DNA of 64,000 nucleotides from Azolla caroliniana (taxonomy: Eukaryota > Plantae > Polypodiophyta), in NCBI GenBank assembly GCA_043228905.1, contig JBHGNT010000005.1, forward strand, positions 23,126,001 to 23,190,000, in the 5' to 3' direction. A program made the translations under genes and the position numbers. The notes under the pieces were generated by a model that searched no databases, was not told where the DNA came from, and saw nothing but the letters and a program-made list of their open reading frames with translations. How positions within the stretch are numbered: the stretch's first letter is position 1; every line of letters starts with the position of its first letter. Below, piece after piece: positions 26,771 through 40,282 of the stretch.

Positions 26771-27562
26771 TGTGGTGTCCCAAGAGAGTCCCAACCGGAT
26801 CGCAGTCCCAAAGTGAGTCGAGCTGGACTCAAGAAGCCCCAAAACGAGTGGGGGCAAGGGGTCACGATCGATGTTGGCACAAGCATATTGAGTTGGGACC
26901 CAAGATGGGAACTAGTCCCAGTCCCAAAGAAGGATTTCCACCCTTGCGTTGGGACTACCAGTCCCAATCTGAGTTTGGACTTGGGAAATACCTAGTACCA
27001 GACACTGTTACAAATTTAGCAGTGTCATAGTGCCAAAAACCAATCACAGGGGAGACCAAAAGACACTTCTTGGCCTGTTACGGGCATGACCATATAATAT
27101 ACCGTGGTGAGAATTTACCGTAGTATTCTATACACGTGGATAAGTGTGAGGGTTAAACGAGAGTGTAAAGAAGGGGAGGATTACTTTTAAATCCTCGGGA
27201 TTGAGACAACCCATTAGGCCAAGTGTGAACTTGCCTGGGGCCTTGGGTATCGCTATAAATAAGAGGCCTAGCTACCCTCATTTCATTATCTTGTTGACTA
27301 TGTCGAGACTCTGTCTTGTGGTGGGTCAACTCTTGTAGCGAGTGTGCCAGCACCAGGTACGACTCGACGCCACGACGGTGGTATGGGACGCTGATCGAGG
27401 CTCGAGTCCGTCTCAATCCCTTCGCTCGGGGGTGGTCAGGTGGATCGGCACCCTTCTTTCTCTCTCTCCTTTCTATCTATTTATCTTTATTCTGTCCTTA
27501 TCTAATGCTTACATTAGTCTATGTCTTTAATATGGCCTAACGCCCAAGGGGGCTCAACCACA
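26771..27562 (+). mobile_element. Isolated LTR (~790 bp)
   Basis: TGTGGT...ACCACA termini; CTATAAAT TATA at ~27253; followed by ACCGTTGGCC (possible eroded PBS); no TSD found. Confidence 0.6.
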
Positions 27563-27569
27563 ACCGTTG

Positions 27570-27848
27570 GCCTATATAAGCATGAATCTTTATTTTATTT
27601 TATTCATTTATTAAAAATAAAACTTATAAGTTATACATTTATTATAAAAATTGATTAGTGCCAAGTCCCTCTTTTATTATCCCTATTTATTGTCAAGTTC
27701 CATTTTTTTTATCCTAAGAAATTAAAATAGATAAGTTTATGTACTCTCGTTTTTTTTTGAGTTAAACGAATACTTGACCACCCATTCGTATTCATATTTG
27801 TTTGCATTCGAATGGGAAGCCCCACAAATGCGAATATGTCAATCTATG
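27570..27848 (-). mobile_element. One end of a second copy of the hAT-like element at 28801
   Basis: Reverse complement reads CATAGATTGACATATTCGCATTTGTGGGGC, nearly identical to the start of 28801; left limit approximate. Confidence 0.7.
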
Positions 27849-28286
27849 CATGGGATGATGTAGTGGTGACGAGCAAATATTGGGTTTGGGCCAACTAAAT
27901 CAAAGACGCATATTCACTCATATGCACATGCATGTGCGTACATATACATATGCCAATTTCAAGCATAAACACGAGCAAGAAAAAAAAAAGTGTGCTTGTG
28001 TCGATTACCGAGTGGCATGAGGAGTGAGCAAAAATGTGCTTTGGCTCTCTAGGTGATAGTACCAGGAAGTCTTCGGGTGCCTGGGGTGAGAAGAGCAAAA
28101 ACACACACACATAACAATGTTACACCAACTTCTGAGGCCGAGCAGCTCTGCCACTAACAATCGGCAACGGTTCGGTTTGGTTGTGAAAGAAAGAAAGAGA
28201 GATATATTGACGTCTTCTAAGGCCAAATTTGGCCCATGAGACAATTTGTTTACAACAAAATGGGATATTTATCCATTCATCGAAAG

Positions 28287-28747
28287 TGTCACGGACACAC
28301 CAACCGCGAACTAGGACGGAGCACAGATGATGGGGCTACGAGCGATAAGTGGAACCGGAAGTGATGAGGTTAGGAACTCTAGAAGTTATGAGTGACATGC
28401 GAGCATGAAGACAGAGATGAAGGAAACATGATAGAATGAAATGAGAATACTAGATTGATGTGTCAATAACAGGTGTTAAATCCCGTGAAAGGGACGAAGG
28501 AGGTTACAAGTATTTATATTGTGAATCAAAGTACTTACATTAGAATATTCAGGAAAATATTCTAGAACCTTCTAGTTCTAGAACATTCTAAAAACTCCTA
28601 GAACTTGAAATAGATAATCTACTAATAATCTACTAAGATATGGATAACATGACCATGTATTTGAATGTGTTCGTTAGAACATAACACGACTATATACAAG
28701 AGGTGAAGAGTTCGAATCTTGACATGATTGTTGTCATGTCCGTGACA
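28287..28747 (-). mobile_element. Solo LTR (gypsy family related to 3698-4152)
   Basis: 11-bp inverted termini TGTCACGGACA / TGTCCGTGACA; TSD GAAAG / AAAAG (1 mismatch). Confidence 0.85.
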
Positions 28748-28800
28748 AAAAGCAAAAATAAAATAAAATAAAAATAGAGCTTAAGCTAAATAGTTCTAGT

Positions 28801-30077
28801 CATAGATTGACATATTCGCATTCGTGGGGCCTGTCCTACGAATTCATACGAATAGGAATATGAATGCATGGAAATGTATTCATTTTCTTTCTTTTTTGAA
28901 TTTTTAAAAAAACATAAAAAATAAAAAATTGTTTTTTTCCTAGAAGAGCGAGTGAACGAACAACGAGCAGCGAGCAAGGAAGCCTCACCCTACTCCTTGT
29001 GTGTGCTGCCCTCACTTTCCTCTAAATATTGTTCTCGGCCAGGAAATTAGGGTTTCGGTTGAAAACCCTAATTTCTATCATAATCCTAATTTCAACAGTA
29101 TTTCTTTCTTTTCAGCCTGCGTCCTTGACTCGCTCTCATGCACTATTCTAATCCTACATCTTGTTCTTGTTCTCTGTTGCAAACTCAGGCATTCATTGAA
29201 ACCCTAAGTTTAGTAGAAGCCCTAATTAATTCATTGTTAATTAATTAACTAATATTTTTCAATGAATTAATTAAATTTTTAATGAATTAAGATATGTATT
29301 AGTAAATTAATTAATGTATAGTTAATCAATTAATGTTTAAGTGAATTAATTAATTATTATATGTTGAGAATCAAGCTCAACATAGTGCAACGTGTGAACA
29401 CACTTGTTGAGAATCTATGATTACTCAAAGGTTAAGAGTCGCACTTAGATTACTCTCTACACATTAACTATGTGTCATAGAATCATATTATATGACACAT
29501 AACTAATGAGTTACATATTCCCCATGACTATGAGTCTTCACATTCCCCAAGAGAGAGTGGTTGTTGTAGTTACTTAATGAAGAGGGAGGGTGTTTATATA
29601 TATAAAGCATCCTCCTCATACTTCATACTAAGTCGGTGGTGACTCCTTGTAATGCTATATTTTGTATTTGCTATTCTACTTGTGAATATACACCTTCTTC
29701 TTGCGTATTCATTTTTCTATCTATATTGTATTCTCTCTTCTCTCCTCTAATTCCTCTCACACATACACATAACACACATCTCTTCCGCTACACAAGAATC
29801 ACCATCGATTCTTTACATCATATTAGTGAGTTAATTATTTATTAATGTATGTGTGTATATGCATATATGAGTGATCACTAATATGTGTGTGTATACACAT
29901 ATATGAATGTGTGTATATGTATATGTCATGTATGTAATAATGTATGTATATGTATGTGTGTACATGTATATGTAAACGAATGGTTTTATAATATTCTTGG
30001 ATTCGTTTTATATTCTCGAATATTGCGAATATTACGGATGTCGAATACCATATATATTACGCATGGGTCAATCTATG
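28801..30077. mobile_element. Non-autonomous hAT DNA transposon
   Basis: Perfect 11-bp TIR CATAGATTGAC / GTCAATCTATG; perfect 8-bp TSD GTTCTAGT (28793-28800 / 30078-30085); subterminal CGAAT/ATTCG motifs. Confidence 0.9.
29362..29817 (+). mobile_element. Solo LTR (copia-like) nested in the hAT element
   Basis: TGTTGAGAATC...GATTCTTTACA termini; TATATAAAG box near 29600; TSD TTATA / TCATA (1 mismatch). Confidence 0.7.
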
Positions 30078-30695
30078 GTTCTAGTAAAATAACAAACATG
30101 TTCTACAATGAAATGGCTTTATACTAGGCGTAGTTTCATTTCCATCCAAGTCTCTCGAAAAGAAGCGGGAGGTTAAAGGGTTTCGATGTGGATGTGGCCC
30201 CCCTGTGGTCCCAATGTAGAAGGTACCCCAACCATAGTTTCTAGTCGGCGTAGCTCACGTTCCCTTATCTTCTTAATTGTTTCTACTCCACGTCGAGTTG
30301 TTTTGAAGCCCAACATCCGAGGGCGTTTGGTTGTTCTTTGCATTTTTGCTTCCTCAAGAGAGAGGCCAAATGGCGTAAGTGTATCCACATTCATCGTCTC
30401 CCCTTGTTCCTGAAAAATTACACTACTTACATGTTGATAAATTAAAAGGGTTATGGTTAACATTTTGTAGCTTATTCTCGCTGTGATGTTTTAGCTCTAA
30501 GATATACCTACCTGGTCTCTTTATATCCGATGTATCTAATAGTTTGGAGAGGGTGGGAAAGGGTCCTAATATGTCTTGGTATTCCGCCCCTATCTCGGCA
30601 TAGGTTGGACACTTGCATGTAAAGTGTTGGGAGACATATCCCTTCGGATGGGAAGGGAGAAGAACAGTGCCGACGAACAATCTCGACCGAGGCCG

Positions 30696-31075
30696 AAACC
30701 GGATGAGGAGTACCCAGCTACGGAGAGCCGGATGATGCAGACCCGGTGTGAACCGGATGAGGAGTACCCGGCTACGAAGAGCCGAATGATGTAGACCCGG
30801 TGTGAACCGGATGAGGAGTACCCGGCTACGGAGAGCCGAATGATGCAGACCCGGTGTGAACCAGATGAGGAGTACCCGGCTACGGAGAGCCGGATGATGC
30901 AGACCCGGTGTGAACCGGATGAGGAGCACCCGGTTACGGAGAGCCGGATGATGCAGACCCGGTGTGAACCGGATGAGGAGCACCCGGCTACGGAGAGCCG
31001 GATGGTGCAGACCCGGTGTGAACCGGATGAGGAGCACCCGGCTACAGAGAGCCGGATGACGCAGACCCGGTGAGA
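30696..31075 (+). repeat. 54-bp tandem repeat x7 in the 5' LTR
   Basis: Unit GAACCGGATGAGGAGTACCCGGCTACGGAGAGCCGGATGATGCAGACCCGGTGT. Confidence 0.95.
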
Positions 31076-31574
31076 ACCGGAGGAAGAGACATATTCGTAA
31101 ATATGTTTCTGAAGAGCCCACCGTGGCTATATTTGTAAATAACCGAAAAGTCATATTAGTATAAATATGACTTAGGGCAAATATGTGAAAAAAGTTGTTG
31201 TCATTTTTTCTTGTTGGTGCAAGAAGAAGAGAGAGCACGTAACAGTGTATAGAGAGAGAGAGAGAGAAAGAGGTCGCTGCCTCTGTTGTAACCGCCGCCT
31301 GTGGCGAAGATCTGTGAGCACGAGGTCGTTGCCTCAGTGAACTCACTATTGTACATTCTTACATAGTGACAGTTTGCAGCATGTGGGCTGCCGTGGTTTT
31401 TTCCCTTAGTTTGGGGTTTTCCACATAAACCTCCTGTGTATCTTCCTCTTCTTTGTGTGGTGTTTTATTTCCCGTTTTTCTATGTATCATTCTAAGCTCG
31501 GTTGTGGCCGAGCGTCGTGCATAAGGAGCGTTGAGTTCCCGTCAATTGGTATCAGAGCGAAATCGACACAGAAA

Positions 31575-34500
31575 ATGGACGAATCGTTTGGCGGCATGTT
31601 CAAGCTCACCGGCTCCAACTATCCAGTGTGGAAGTCGAAGATGAGGGACATGCTCGTGGTTAAAGATCTTTGGCTACCGGTTCAGTTTGGGGACAAGAGA
31701 CCGAACAAGATCGACGCCACAATATGGGAGGTGATGCACATGAAGACAACGACGTACATACGATGCTTCATTGACATGAGTCTATACAACAACTTCAATG
31801 AAGAGAGCAAGGCTCATGAGCTCTGGGAGAAGATCGACATAATGTTTCAAAACAAAAATGTTGTTAATCAGGTTTCGGTATTCCGGAAGCTAGTAAGACT
31901 CCGGTACCAAGATGGCTCCAGCATGGCGGAGCATATGAATGCCTTCCAGGGGCTGATACACCAGGCAACGTCATTGGAAGTACCTCTCGCCGATGAGGTA
32001 CTTGCGCTACTCCTGCTCGGTTCTCTCCCGGACAGCTGGGAGACGTTGGTTGTCACTTTGGGCAACGCCGGGCCGGAAGGAAAGAGGTTATCCCTAGCAA
32101 GAGTACAGTCGAGCTTGCTAGATGAGGAGGCGCGTCGGAAAGATAAAGATACGAGCTCCGACTCCAAAGCGCTCCTTACCGAATCGGAACGCGGAAGACA
32201 TAGAAACCGTAGTCCCCAGAACCGGGAGAAGTCGGGGACACGGTCAAAGTCAAGGGGGAGGCCCACTTGCTTCTATTGCGGCAAGCCAGGACACTTTCAA
32301 AAGAACTGTCGGCATTTCCGAAAAGATAAGGAGACCGACGGTACCGATTCGAAGCGTACCCCGGACCGGAACGGTAAAGACCGGAGGGGGCCGGACCGGA
32401 AGGGGACAATGACAATCACGGCAAGTGAAGAAGAGTTGATGCTCATCACCGAGGAGAGTGAGATAAACCTTGCCGGCGACGAGATGACATGGGTGGTAGA
32501 CTCCGGAGCGTCGTTCCACCTTACCCCGGACCGGAAATGCTTCTCATCCTACTCGGCCAGTGATCACGACTGTGTCCGGATGGGGAATGAAGGGACATGC
32601 CGAATTGTCGGCATAGGAGACGTGTGGCTGTCAACACCAACCGGATGCAAGTTGCTGCTGAAGGATGTCCGACACGTTCCGGAGGTTCGTCTGAACCTGA
32701 TATCAGCCGGTCGGCTAGATGATGAAGGCTACACGGGTAGCATCCGGAACGGTGTCATGAAGTTTAGCAAAGGGAGCCTGATTGTGGCTTGGGTCCGGAA
32801 GGTCAACACTCTGTACCTGATGAATGCCCGGTTATGCCCGGAAGAAGTGAACGTGGCATCCGACACTGCCGGTGAGCTGTGGCACAAGAGGCTGTGTCGC
32901 ATGAGCAAGAAGGGGATGAAGAGGCTTGCAGACGACAACCTCATTCCAGTGAAGAACGTGCACTTGGAGAAGTGCACTGATTGTCTGGCCGGTAAGCAAA
33001 ACCGGACCTCCTTCCGACCAAGGCCACCGATGAGACGTAATGCACCACTGGAGTTGGTGCATACGGATGTGTGTCAGGTAGACACGAAGTCACATGCCGG
33101 AGCGCAGTACTTCGTGACTTTCATAGATGACCACAACCGGAAGATGTGGGCCACACCGTTGAAGACGAAGGATCAGGTGTTATTCGTTTTCAAAGAGCTC
33201 CACGCGAGAGTGGAAAGAGAAACCGACCGGAAGCTGAAGGCGGTTCGAGCAGACAACGGAGAAGAATACCGGGGGCAGTTCGAGGAGTACTGCCGCTCGA
33301 AGGGAATCCGGCTCGAATTTACCGTGCCGAAGACGCCGGAACTAAACGGACTGGCCGAGAGGATGAACCGGACCATAATGGAGAGGATCCGGAGTATGCT
33401 AGCGCATGCAAAACTACCCAAGAAGTTTTGGGTTGAGGCACTGTCGACGGCAACATATGTGATAAATAGATCACCCTTAGTACCCTTGGACGGAGACACG
33501 CCACAGAGAGTGTGGACCGGTAAGGAAGTATCCTACCGGCATCTGAAGGTGTTCTGGTGTCTCGCAGTCGTGCATGTAGCTAAGGACCGGAGAGGAAAGT
33601 TAGATCCAAAGACCCGGCCATGCATATTCCTCGGTTACAGTGACGATGAGTTCGGCTACCGAGTGTGGGACCCGGTCGACAAGAAGGTATTCCGGAGTCG
33701 AGATATTATCTTCATGGAGGACAAGACGCTCGCCGACTGGGAGTCGGAGAAGAAGATAATGAACTCCGAGTCGACTGATAAGGATAGACTCTACGATGAG
33801 CAGACCCAACCGGCAAGAGACCGGTTAGCACTCGAGGAACCAGCCGGTTACGGTGAGGATACCGAACCAGCAGAAGAAGAGGTAGAGGAAGCTGAGACCG
33901 GAACCGGCCAAGACCCCAAATCGGATTCGGATGAAGAGCAGATGAATGAGCCTGTCACCGAAGCCCAAAGACGGAGATATCCTCTCAGAGAGAGAAGGGC
34001 GCCCCGGAGATTTCCGGATGCAGAGCATGTTCTACTGACCGATGAGGGGGAGCCGGAAAACTTCGAAGAAGCGAAGGAAGACACCCACAACCGAAAATGG
34101 TTAAGTGCCATGCAGGATGAGATGGATTCCTTGCATGAGAACCATACGTACGAATTGGTGGAGTTGCCGAAAGGAAAGCGGGCACTCCGAAACAAGTGGG
34201 TGTACAAGTTGAAACCGGGAGATGCCGGAAACCCCCCGAGATACAAAGCTAGGATCGTGGTGAAGGGGTTCCAACAGAAGAAGGGCGTGGACTTCGATGA
34301 GATATTTGCCCCGGTAGTAAAGATGACCTCCATCCGGACGGTGCTGAGTATGGCGGCAAGCATGGACCTCGAGGTAGAGCAGTTGGACGTGAAGACGACA
34401 TTCCTTCACGGCGACCTCGAAGAAGAGATCTACATGCAGCAACCGGAAGGATTCGTGGAAAAAGGGAAGGAGCACCTGGTATGCCGGTTGAAGAAGAGCC

Positions 34501-35621
34501 TGTACGGACTGAAGCAGGCTCCCCGACAATGGTACCGGAAGTTCGATTCCTTCATGACCGATCAAGGGTACCACAAGACGCAGGCCGATCACTGCGTGTT
34601 TGTGAAGAAGTTCGAAGAAGGCGACTTCCTGATACTCCTTCTGTACGTGGATGACATGTTGATCGTCGGACGTGACCAAGTCAAAATTTGGATGCTGAAG
34701 AAGGCTCTCAACCGGACCTTCTCAATGAAAGACTTGGGTCCGGCAAGACAAATGCTAGGGATGCATATCATTCGGGACCGGTCAAAGAAGCAATTATGGC
34801 TATCATAGGAGAAGTACGTGACAAAGGTGCTTCACCTGTTCAACATGTCAGATGCGAAACCGGTCGGATCGACACTTCCGGCAAACTGCAAGCTATCCGG
34901 TAAGCAAAGCCCTAAGACGAAAGCAGAGAAGGCGGATATGATGAAGATTCCATATGCCTCTTCCGTCGGGAGCTTGATGTACGCAATGGTTTGTACCCGA
35001 CCGGACATAGGATACGCAGTCGGAGTGGTGAGCCAGTTTATGAGCAATCCCGGCAAGGAGCACTAGAACACGGTCAAATGGATACTCCGGTATTTGAAGG
35101 GCACTTCAAATATGTGTCTCCGATTCGGCTCCGGAAAACCTCAACTGGACGGTTTCACCGATTCGGACATGTCGACTGATGTGGATACCAGCCGGTCTAC
35201 ATCAGGGTATGTAATGACATATGCAGGGGGAGCTGTTTCGTGGCAGTCGAGGCTGCAGAAGACGGTTGCATTGTCAACCACAGAGGCGGAGTACATGGCG
35301 GCTGTGGAAGCCAGCAAGGAAATATTATGGATGAAGGACTTCATCGGAGAGCTCGGTATCCGGCAAGAGGAATACCGACTCTATTGCGACAGTCAAAGTG
35401 CCATCCACCTTGCTAAGAATGCGGCCTACCATTCCCGGACGAAGCATATCCAGCGGAGGTATCACTGGATCCGGGAAAGAGTAGATGACCAGGAGTTCGC
35501 GCTGACGAAGATCCACACGGCCGAGAACGGGTCAAATATGCTGACCAAAGTTCTGATACCCGATAAGCTGGATGCATGTCGGAAGCGGATCGGACTGATA
35601 AGACACCCCATGCCGGAGTGA
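31575..35621 (+). pseudogene. Copia gag-pol polyprotein with two in-frame premature stops
   Basis: CFYCGKPGHFQKNC, VDSGAS, integrase (HTD...D...ELNGLAERMNRT), RT YVDD, RNase H (DSD...STTEAEY); TAG at 34806-34808 and 35064-35066, no frameshifts. Confidence 0.95.
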
Positions 35622-35702
35622 AGGGGGAGTTTGTTGGGAGACAGGTCCCTCCGGATGGGAAGGGAGAAGAACAGTGCCGACGAACAATCTCGGCCGAGGC
35701 CG

Positions 35703-35863
35703 AAACCGAATGAGTACCCGGCTACGGAGAGCCGGATGATGCAGACCCGGTGTGAACCGGATGAGGAGTACCTGGCTACGGAGAGCCGGATGGTGCAGAC
35801 CCGGTGTGAACCGGATGAGGAGCACCCGGCTACGGAGAGCCGGATGACGCAGACCCGGTGAGA
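35703..35863 (+). repeat. 54-bp tandem repeat x3 in the 3' LTR
   Basis: Same unit as in the 5' LTR; first copy carries a 3-bp deletion. Confidence 0.95.
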
Positions 35864-37637
35864 ACCGGAGGAAGAGACATATTCGTAAATATGTTTCTGA
35901 AGAGCCCACCGTGGCTATATTTGTAAATAACCGAAAAGTCATATTAGTATAAATATGACTTAGGGCAAATATGTGAAAAAAGTTGTTGTTGTCATTTTTT
36001 CTTGTTGGTGCAAGAAGAAGAGAGAGCACGTAACAGTGTATAGAGAGAGAGAGAGAGAAAGAGGTCACTGCCTCTATTGTAACCACCGCCTGTGGCGAAG
36101 ATCTGTGAGCACGAGGTCGTTGCCTCAGTGAACTCACTATTGTACATTCTTACATAGTGACAGTTTGCAGCATGTGGGCTGCCGTGGTTTTTTCCCTTAG
36201 TTTGGGGTTTTCCATGTAAACCTCCTATGTATCTTCCTCTTCTTTGTGTGGTGTTTTATTTCCCGTTTTTCTGTGTATCATTCTAAGCTCGGTTGTGGCC
36301 GAGCGTCGTGCATAAGGAGCGTTGAGTTCCTGTCATAAAGTGATACTCATCCTCCATCTCTATGTGACATAAATAGCCTTTCCTCTCTAGGGACTCTATT
36401 AGCCTGACCATTCTCAATCTCAAGTTGGTGAAATGTAATCCTAAGTTGTCCAATGGCCACCCTTAGTGCATTTGATAAGAATGTATCTAGATATCTTGGT
36501 CGTGTAATAAAACCTAACTTAGAGAAGTTCAATAAGTGTTCCTTATAGTACAACATTTTAGATGGGAGTGGCTCTCGTGGGGTGATTCATGTATATCGGG
36601 TATAAATTTGCCATATTTCTTGGCATATTATTTTATTATGGTCTTCATGAGATATTAAGGTTTGATCAGTCCCATGATTGTACTTAAGGGGAGGGGAGGT
36701 AGGTTATTAATGTTTATGCCATTTGCAAGTAACCAACTCACTACAATGCTATACCAAGAGCTAGTGTCTTCAGACGTATATAGGGATCGGGATGCCTCAA
36801 AGGCCCGACAGGAGATCCTATCTTGTGGTTGGCTATGTATCCAATGAATAAAAACCACCACTTGGAAAAGTGCTTCTACTAACATCAGGGGAAAACCGAA
36901 CTCTGCTCTAATAATGTCATGCGGTACTGTCAATTTGCTTCGGAGTTGACATAATAGCATCGTCACCAAAGGTCTCTCTAATTGCGTCCACATGAAAGGT
37001 GGTAGACCTGGAGCCATACTACTGATGCATACATGAGGGAAGGGGTCACTAATGAGTCGAAGAGCCATCCCTTAGTCCATGGCTCTTGAAAGTATATGCC
37101 TAGTGGCATTGTCTCTCTAAAAGTGAGAGGGATGCATACCCTCTTGTTAGCCTATCTTTGGTTGCCTGGATCATCAAGAATTTACTTGGACGAGCACTAA
37201 AAGTGACTCCAAAGTATATATATGATCTGACTACCTCAACCGGTTTATAAGAGAGGAGTAGATGACATTTACTCCTAACTCGAGACGATGTATGAAAGAT
37301 AAGAACCACAAACCACAATCGCACCGACACCGAACGTAAGGTCAATTCGAGTATCTACAACATTTGCTAGCTTCAGACTACTGTGAAGTACAATGGCCAC
37401 TGCTACTCTCCTCATCAAGTAGATTCTCTTCCCAAATTTTTACAGTTTCCTTTTCAAAGGCAGATTATCCAGGTTATCCTGCTACGAGAATAGTGACTGG
37501 AAATGTTGCACCGTGGATTGGGCAAATACCTTAAACAGAAGAATCAATCAAGGCAGCAAAAGCTCACCTTATGATGCCAAAACTAACTTTACCTGTACCA
37601 AATGGATTAGTGAGAGAGAGAGAGAGAGAGAGAGAGA

Positions 37638-40282
37638 AATTCTTCCCCCATAGCCATATTGTGTAACTTAACAAGAATAGGATGTGTCACAATAGTGAAT
37701 AGTAAAGGACTTACCGGGCATCCTTGTCTAACTGACATCCGAATAGAAATCGGTTGGGTTACTCTTCCATTAAACATCACATGTGAAACCAAACCCTCCC
37801 CTAATGTGTATATCAACTTAGACATACGATCACCAAAACCCATATGAGACATCAATTGATTTATAAATGACCAATCCACATTATCATAGGCTTTCTCGAT
37901 ATCCAATTGTAGCAACACTAATTCTTGTTTAGACTCCTTTGCATAGTCAATTGCCATTTGAACATTTAAAATATTATGTAAAATGTCTCTTTTTGCTAAA
38001 AACCCATATTGAGCGTTATGAATAATAGAAGGTAAAACCTTATGCAACCTATTGGCCATCACTTTTGCAAAAATCTTGTACATTCCCCCCATCAATGAAA
38101 TAGGCCTCCATTGAGCAAAGGAAGATGGAGAAGGCACCTTCGGCAAAAGCTTGATCAAACCAATCTTCCAAGAATGAGGCATTTCCCCCGATGTCCACAC
38201 CTTCTGAAATAAAATCGTAAAAGGCCCCTTTAACTTAATCACATATTTCTTAAAGAGTTCATGTGTTAATCCATCCCACCCAGGACTCTTATCATTAGCA
38301 AGATGTGACATGACATGTTCCACCTCATCCTCTGAAATATTAGCATCTAATGATTGTGCCACATCATGCGATACATGATTTTTCACTCCATTAAAAAATA
38401 CATCTCTATCCTTTTTAACATTATCATCGATACACACTTGTACATCCAACAATTGTGTATAATATTCTATGCATTTCTTCACAATTTCTTGAGGATCGGA
38501 ACACATGATAGCATTTTCCTCTAACCTTACCACATTATGTCGTGCATGTGATTCATGAAGGTCATGGAAAAACTTATGTGATTGACAATTAGCATCATCC
38601 ACTTCTTGTCTTAGACTATGTATTGTCATCAGGGAAGCCATGTATTGTTCAAGCTCTCGCAGATGACCATATTATGTTTTTGGCACCTAATTGGGAAAAT
38701 ATTAGTAAGACAAGAGATGTGTGGGAATTGTTTTCAAATGCTTCGGGGTTGAGAATTAATATACATAAATCTGTCCTCATTTCATGTACAGAACAAGATG
38801 TGTTAGGGTTGGGGTGGTCAGGAAGGATAGTACATCGTGGTATGATTTGTCATCATCTTGGATATTCAATTGGGGTGGAAGTTTCTCATGTGAAACTTAT
38901 TGAGTGGGTATCCAAAAGGTTGGAGGATAAGTTTATGTATTGGAGGTCTCAATTTTGGCCTTTTCATGTACGACTTAAGGTGGTCCAATCGATTATGGTC
39001 TCTATGGTATCTTATTATCTTCCTTTGCTCCCATGGTCAAAGAAAGCTCTTGAAATATTGTCATGCTCGATGCGAATGTTGTTATGGAAAAGAAAAGGGA
39101 AAAGTGCCTTGTCATGGTTGGCATGGGATCATGTTTGTACTCCGAAGCGTCTTGGTGGGGCATTAATATTGAATCTATATGAGCATATGGTGGCTCGTCG
39201 ATTTACTTTCATTCGATTCATGTTTGAAGGTGTACAACCTTGGACAGAAATGGTGGCATACTTTATAGAGAAGAACGGAATAAAGCTTGGAAACATGAAG
39301 GTTGAAGCGAATTGGTGGAATGTAATTAATTCTGACAGGGATACCAAATGTACAGGGTCTATGATAGTTAATCATTTGTTGACATCTTGGCAAAGTATGT
39401 TGGATTTTGTGGAATGGCATCCCCCACAAGAAAGGGGATGTGCCAATTCATTACAAATGGAGGTTTTGGCAACATCAAGGTTGTTGAGGTGGGAAGGTAA
39501 ACAAATTCTTAACCTTCAATTTAATCGGATGGCTAGATTGGGTTTGGTAAGAGTTAAGGATGCTATGTTGGTTTCACAAAGAAGATTAATGGCTTTTCGA
39601 ACAATAAGATCAACATTTCGTATTCCAAAAGGTTATAACTTTATTTGGGATAAGTTGCAACAAATACTATCTTCGCATGAGCCAATTCCTGATTTAGATG
39701 GGCGATCTCAAGAATTTGATTGGAGGTTTGTTGGAAATAAGAGATTGACTATGATCTCAACGAATGTTGCTTATCACAAGTTGATTGACAAACATAAGTG
39801 GTTGGAAGAAAGGGTTATAAAGATATGGGGTTTTCATAAGCCCATTACTTGGTGGTTTCATGTGATCAAGGCAGGTTGGTGTTCTCGATTGATGCTACGA
39901 GCCAAGGTATTTATTTGGAGAGTTATGGTTGGAGCTTTACCATTAGGGGATGCATTAAAAAGAAGAAACATTACTAAAGGATTGTGTTTCTTTTGTTCGG
40001 TGGAATTGGAACATAGTAGGCATCGATTTATTTCATGCCCGATGGCAAGGATGGTTTGGAGGTGTATCAGTTTAGTGTGGATGTCTCTAACAGGAGTAAG
40101 TTCGGTTTTTGCACATATGGAGAACAATGAACCGATGCCTCATTTTCAAATTATTTTTGAGTTCTTGAGGTATTGGGGGCTATGGTTCAATTGGAATATG
40201 CGGAATGCCTTCATTTTTTATTCACAACTTGGGGTGAGAAAATATGTTCTTAAGTTAAAAGGACTTCTTTTGTGGCAATTGA
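37638..40282. mobile_element. L1-clade LINE ORF2 with inverted 5' segment
   Basis: Minus ORF 37607-38641 (KSPGWDG, WRPISL, DIEKAYD, RQGCPVSP) and plus ORF 38623-40371 (ALADD, HLG, CFFC...HRFISC) are consecutive parts of one RT; both flanks are (GA)n. Confidence 0.92.

Larger units (their letters stand above)
30625..36335 (+). mobile_element. Full-length young Ty1/copia LTR retrotransposon (Tnt1/Tork-like, inferred)
   Basis: LTRs 30625-31544 and 35632-36335 (TG...CA); TSD TAAAG; PBS TGGTATCAGAGC at 31547-31558; PPT GTGAAGGGGGAG at 35618-35629. Confidence 0.97.
30130..37590 (-). mobile_element. Degenerate LINE split by the copia insertion (pieces ~30130-30624 and 36336-37590)
   Basis: QLRITFHQLEIENG...EER (right piece) continues as HFTCKCPTYAEI (left piece) across the TAAAG TSD; YIYFGVTF near 37210; same family as 24350-24900. 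Confidence 0.75.

Noticed and set aside
28673-28725. Functional tRNA gene
   Set aside because: No acceptor stem or full cloverleaf; reported only as a tRNA-like LTR motif.
30696-31075. Regular repeats resembling a CRISPR array or repeat protein (EPDEEYPATESRMMQTRC)
   Set aside because: Contiguous 54-bp units with no unique spacers, inside a copia LTR; one sense copy has a stop; eukaryotic context.
34806-34808. Programmed stop readthrough in pol
   Set aside because: Both stops lie inside RT at conserved Q/W positions and fit simple transitions.
31868-35516. Many antisense and alternative-frame ORFs within the copia
   Set aside because: Expected shadows of a GC-rich coding sequence; no motifs.
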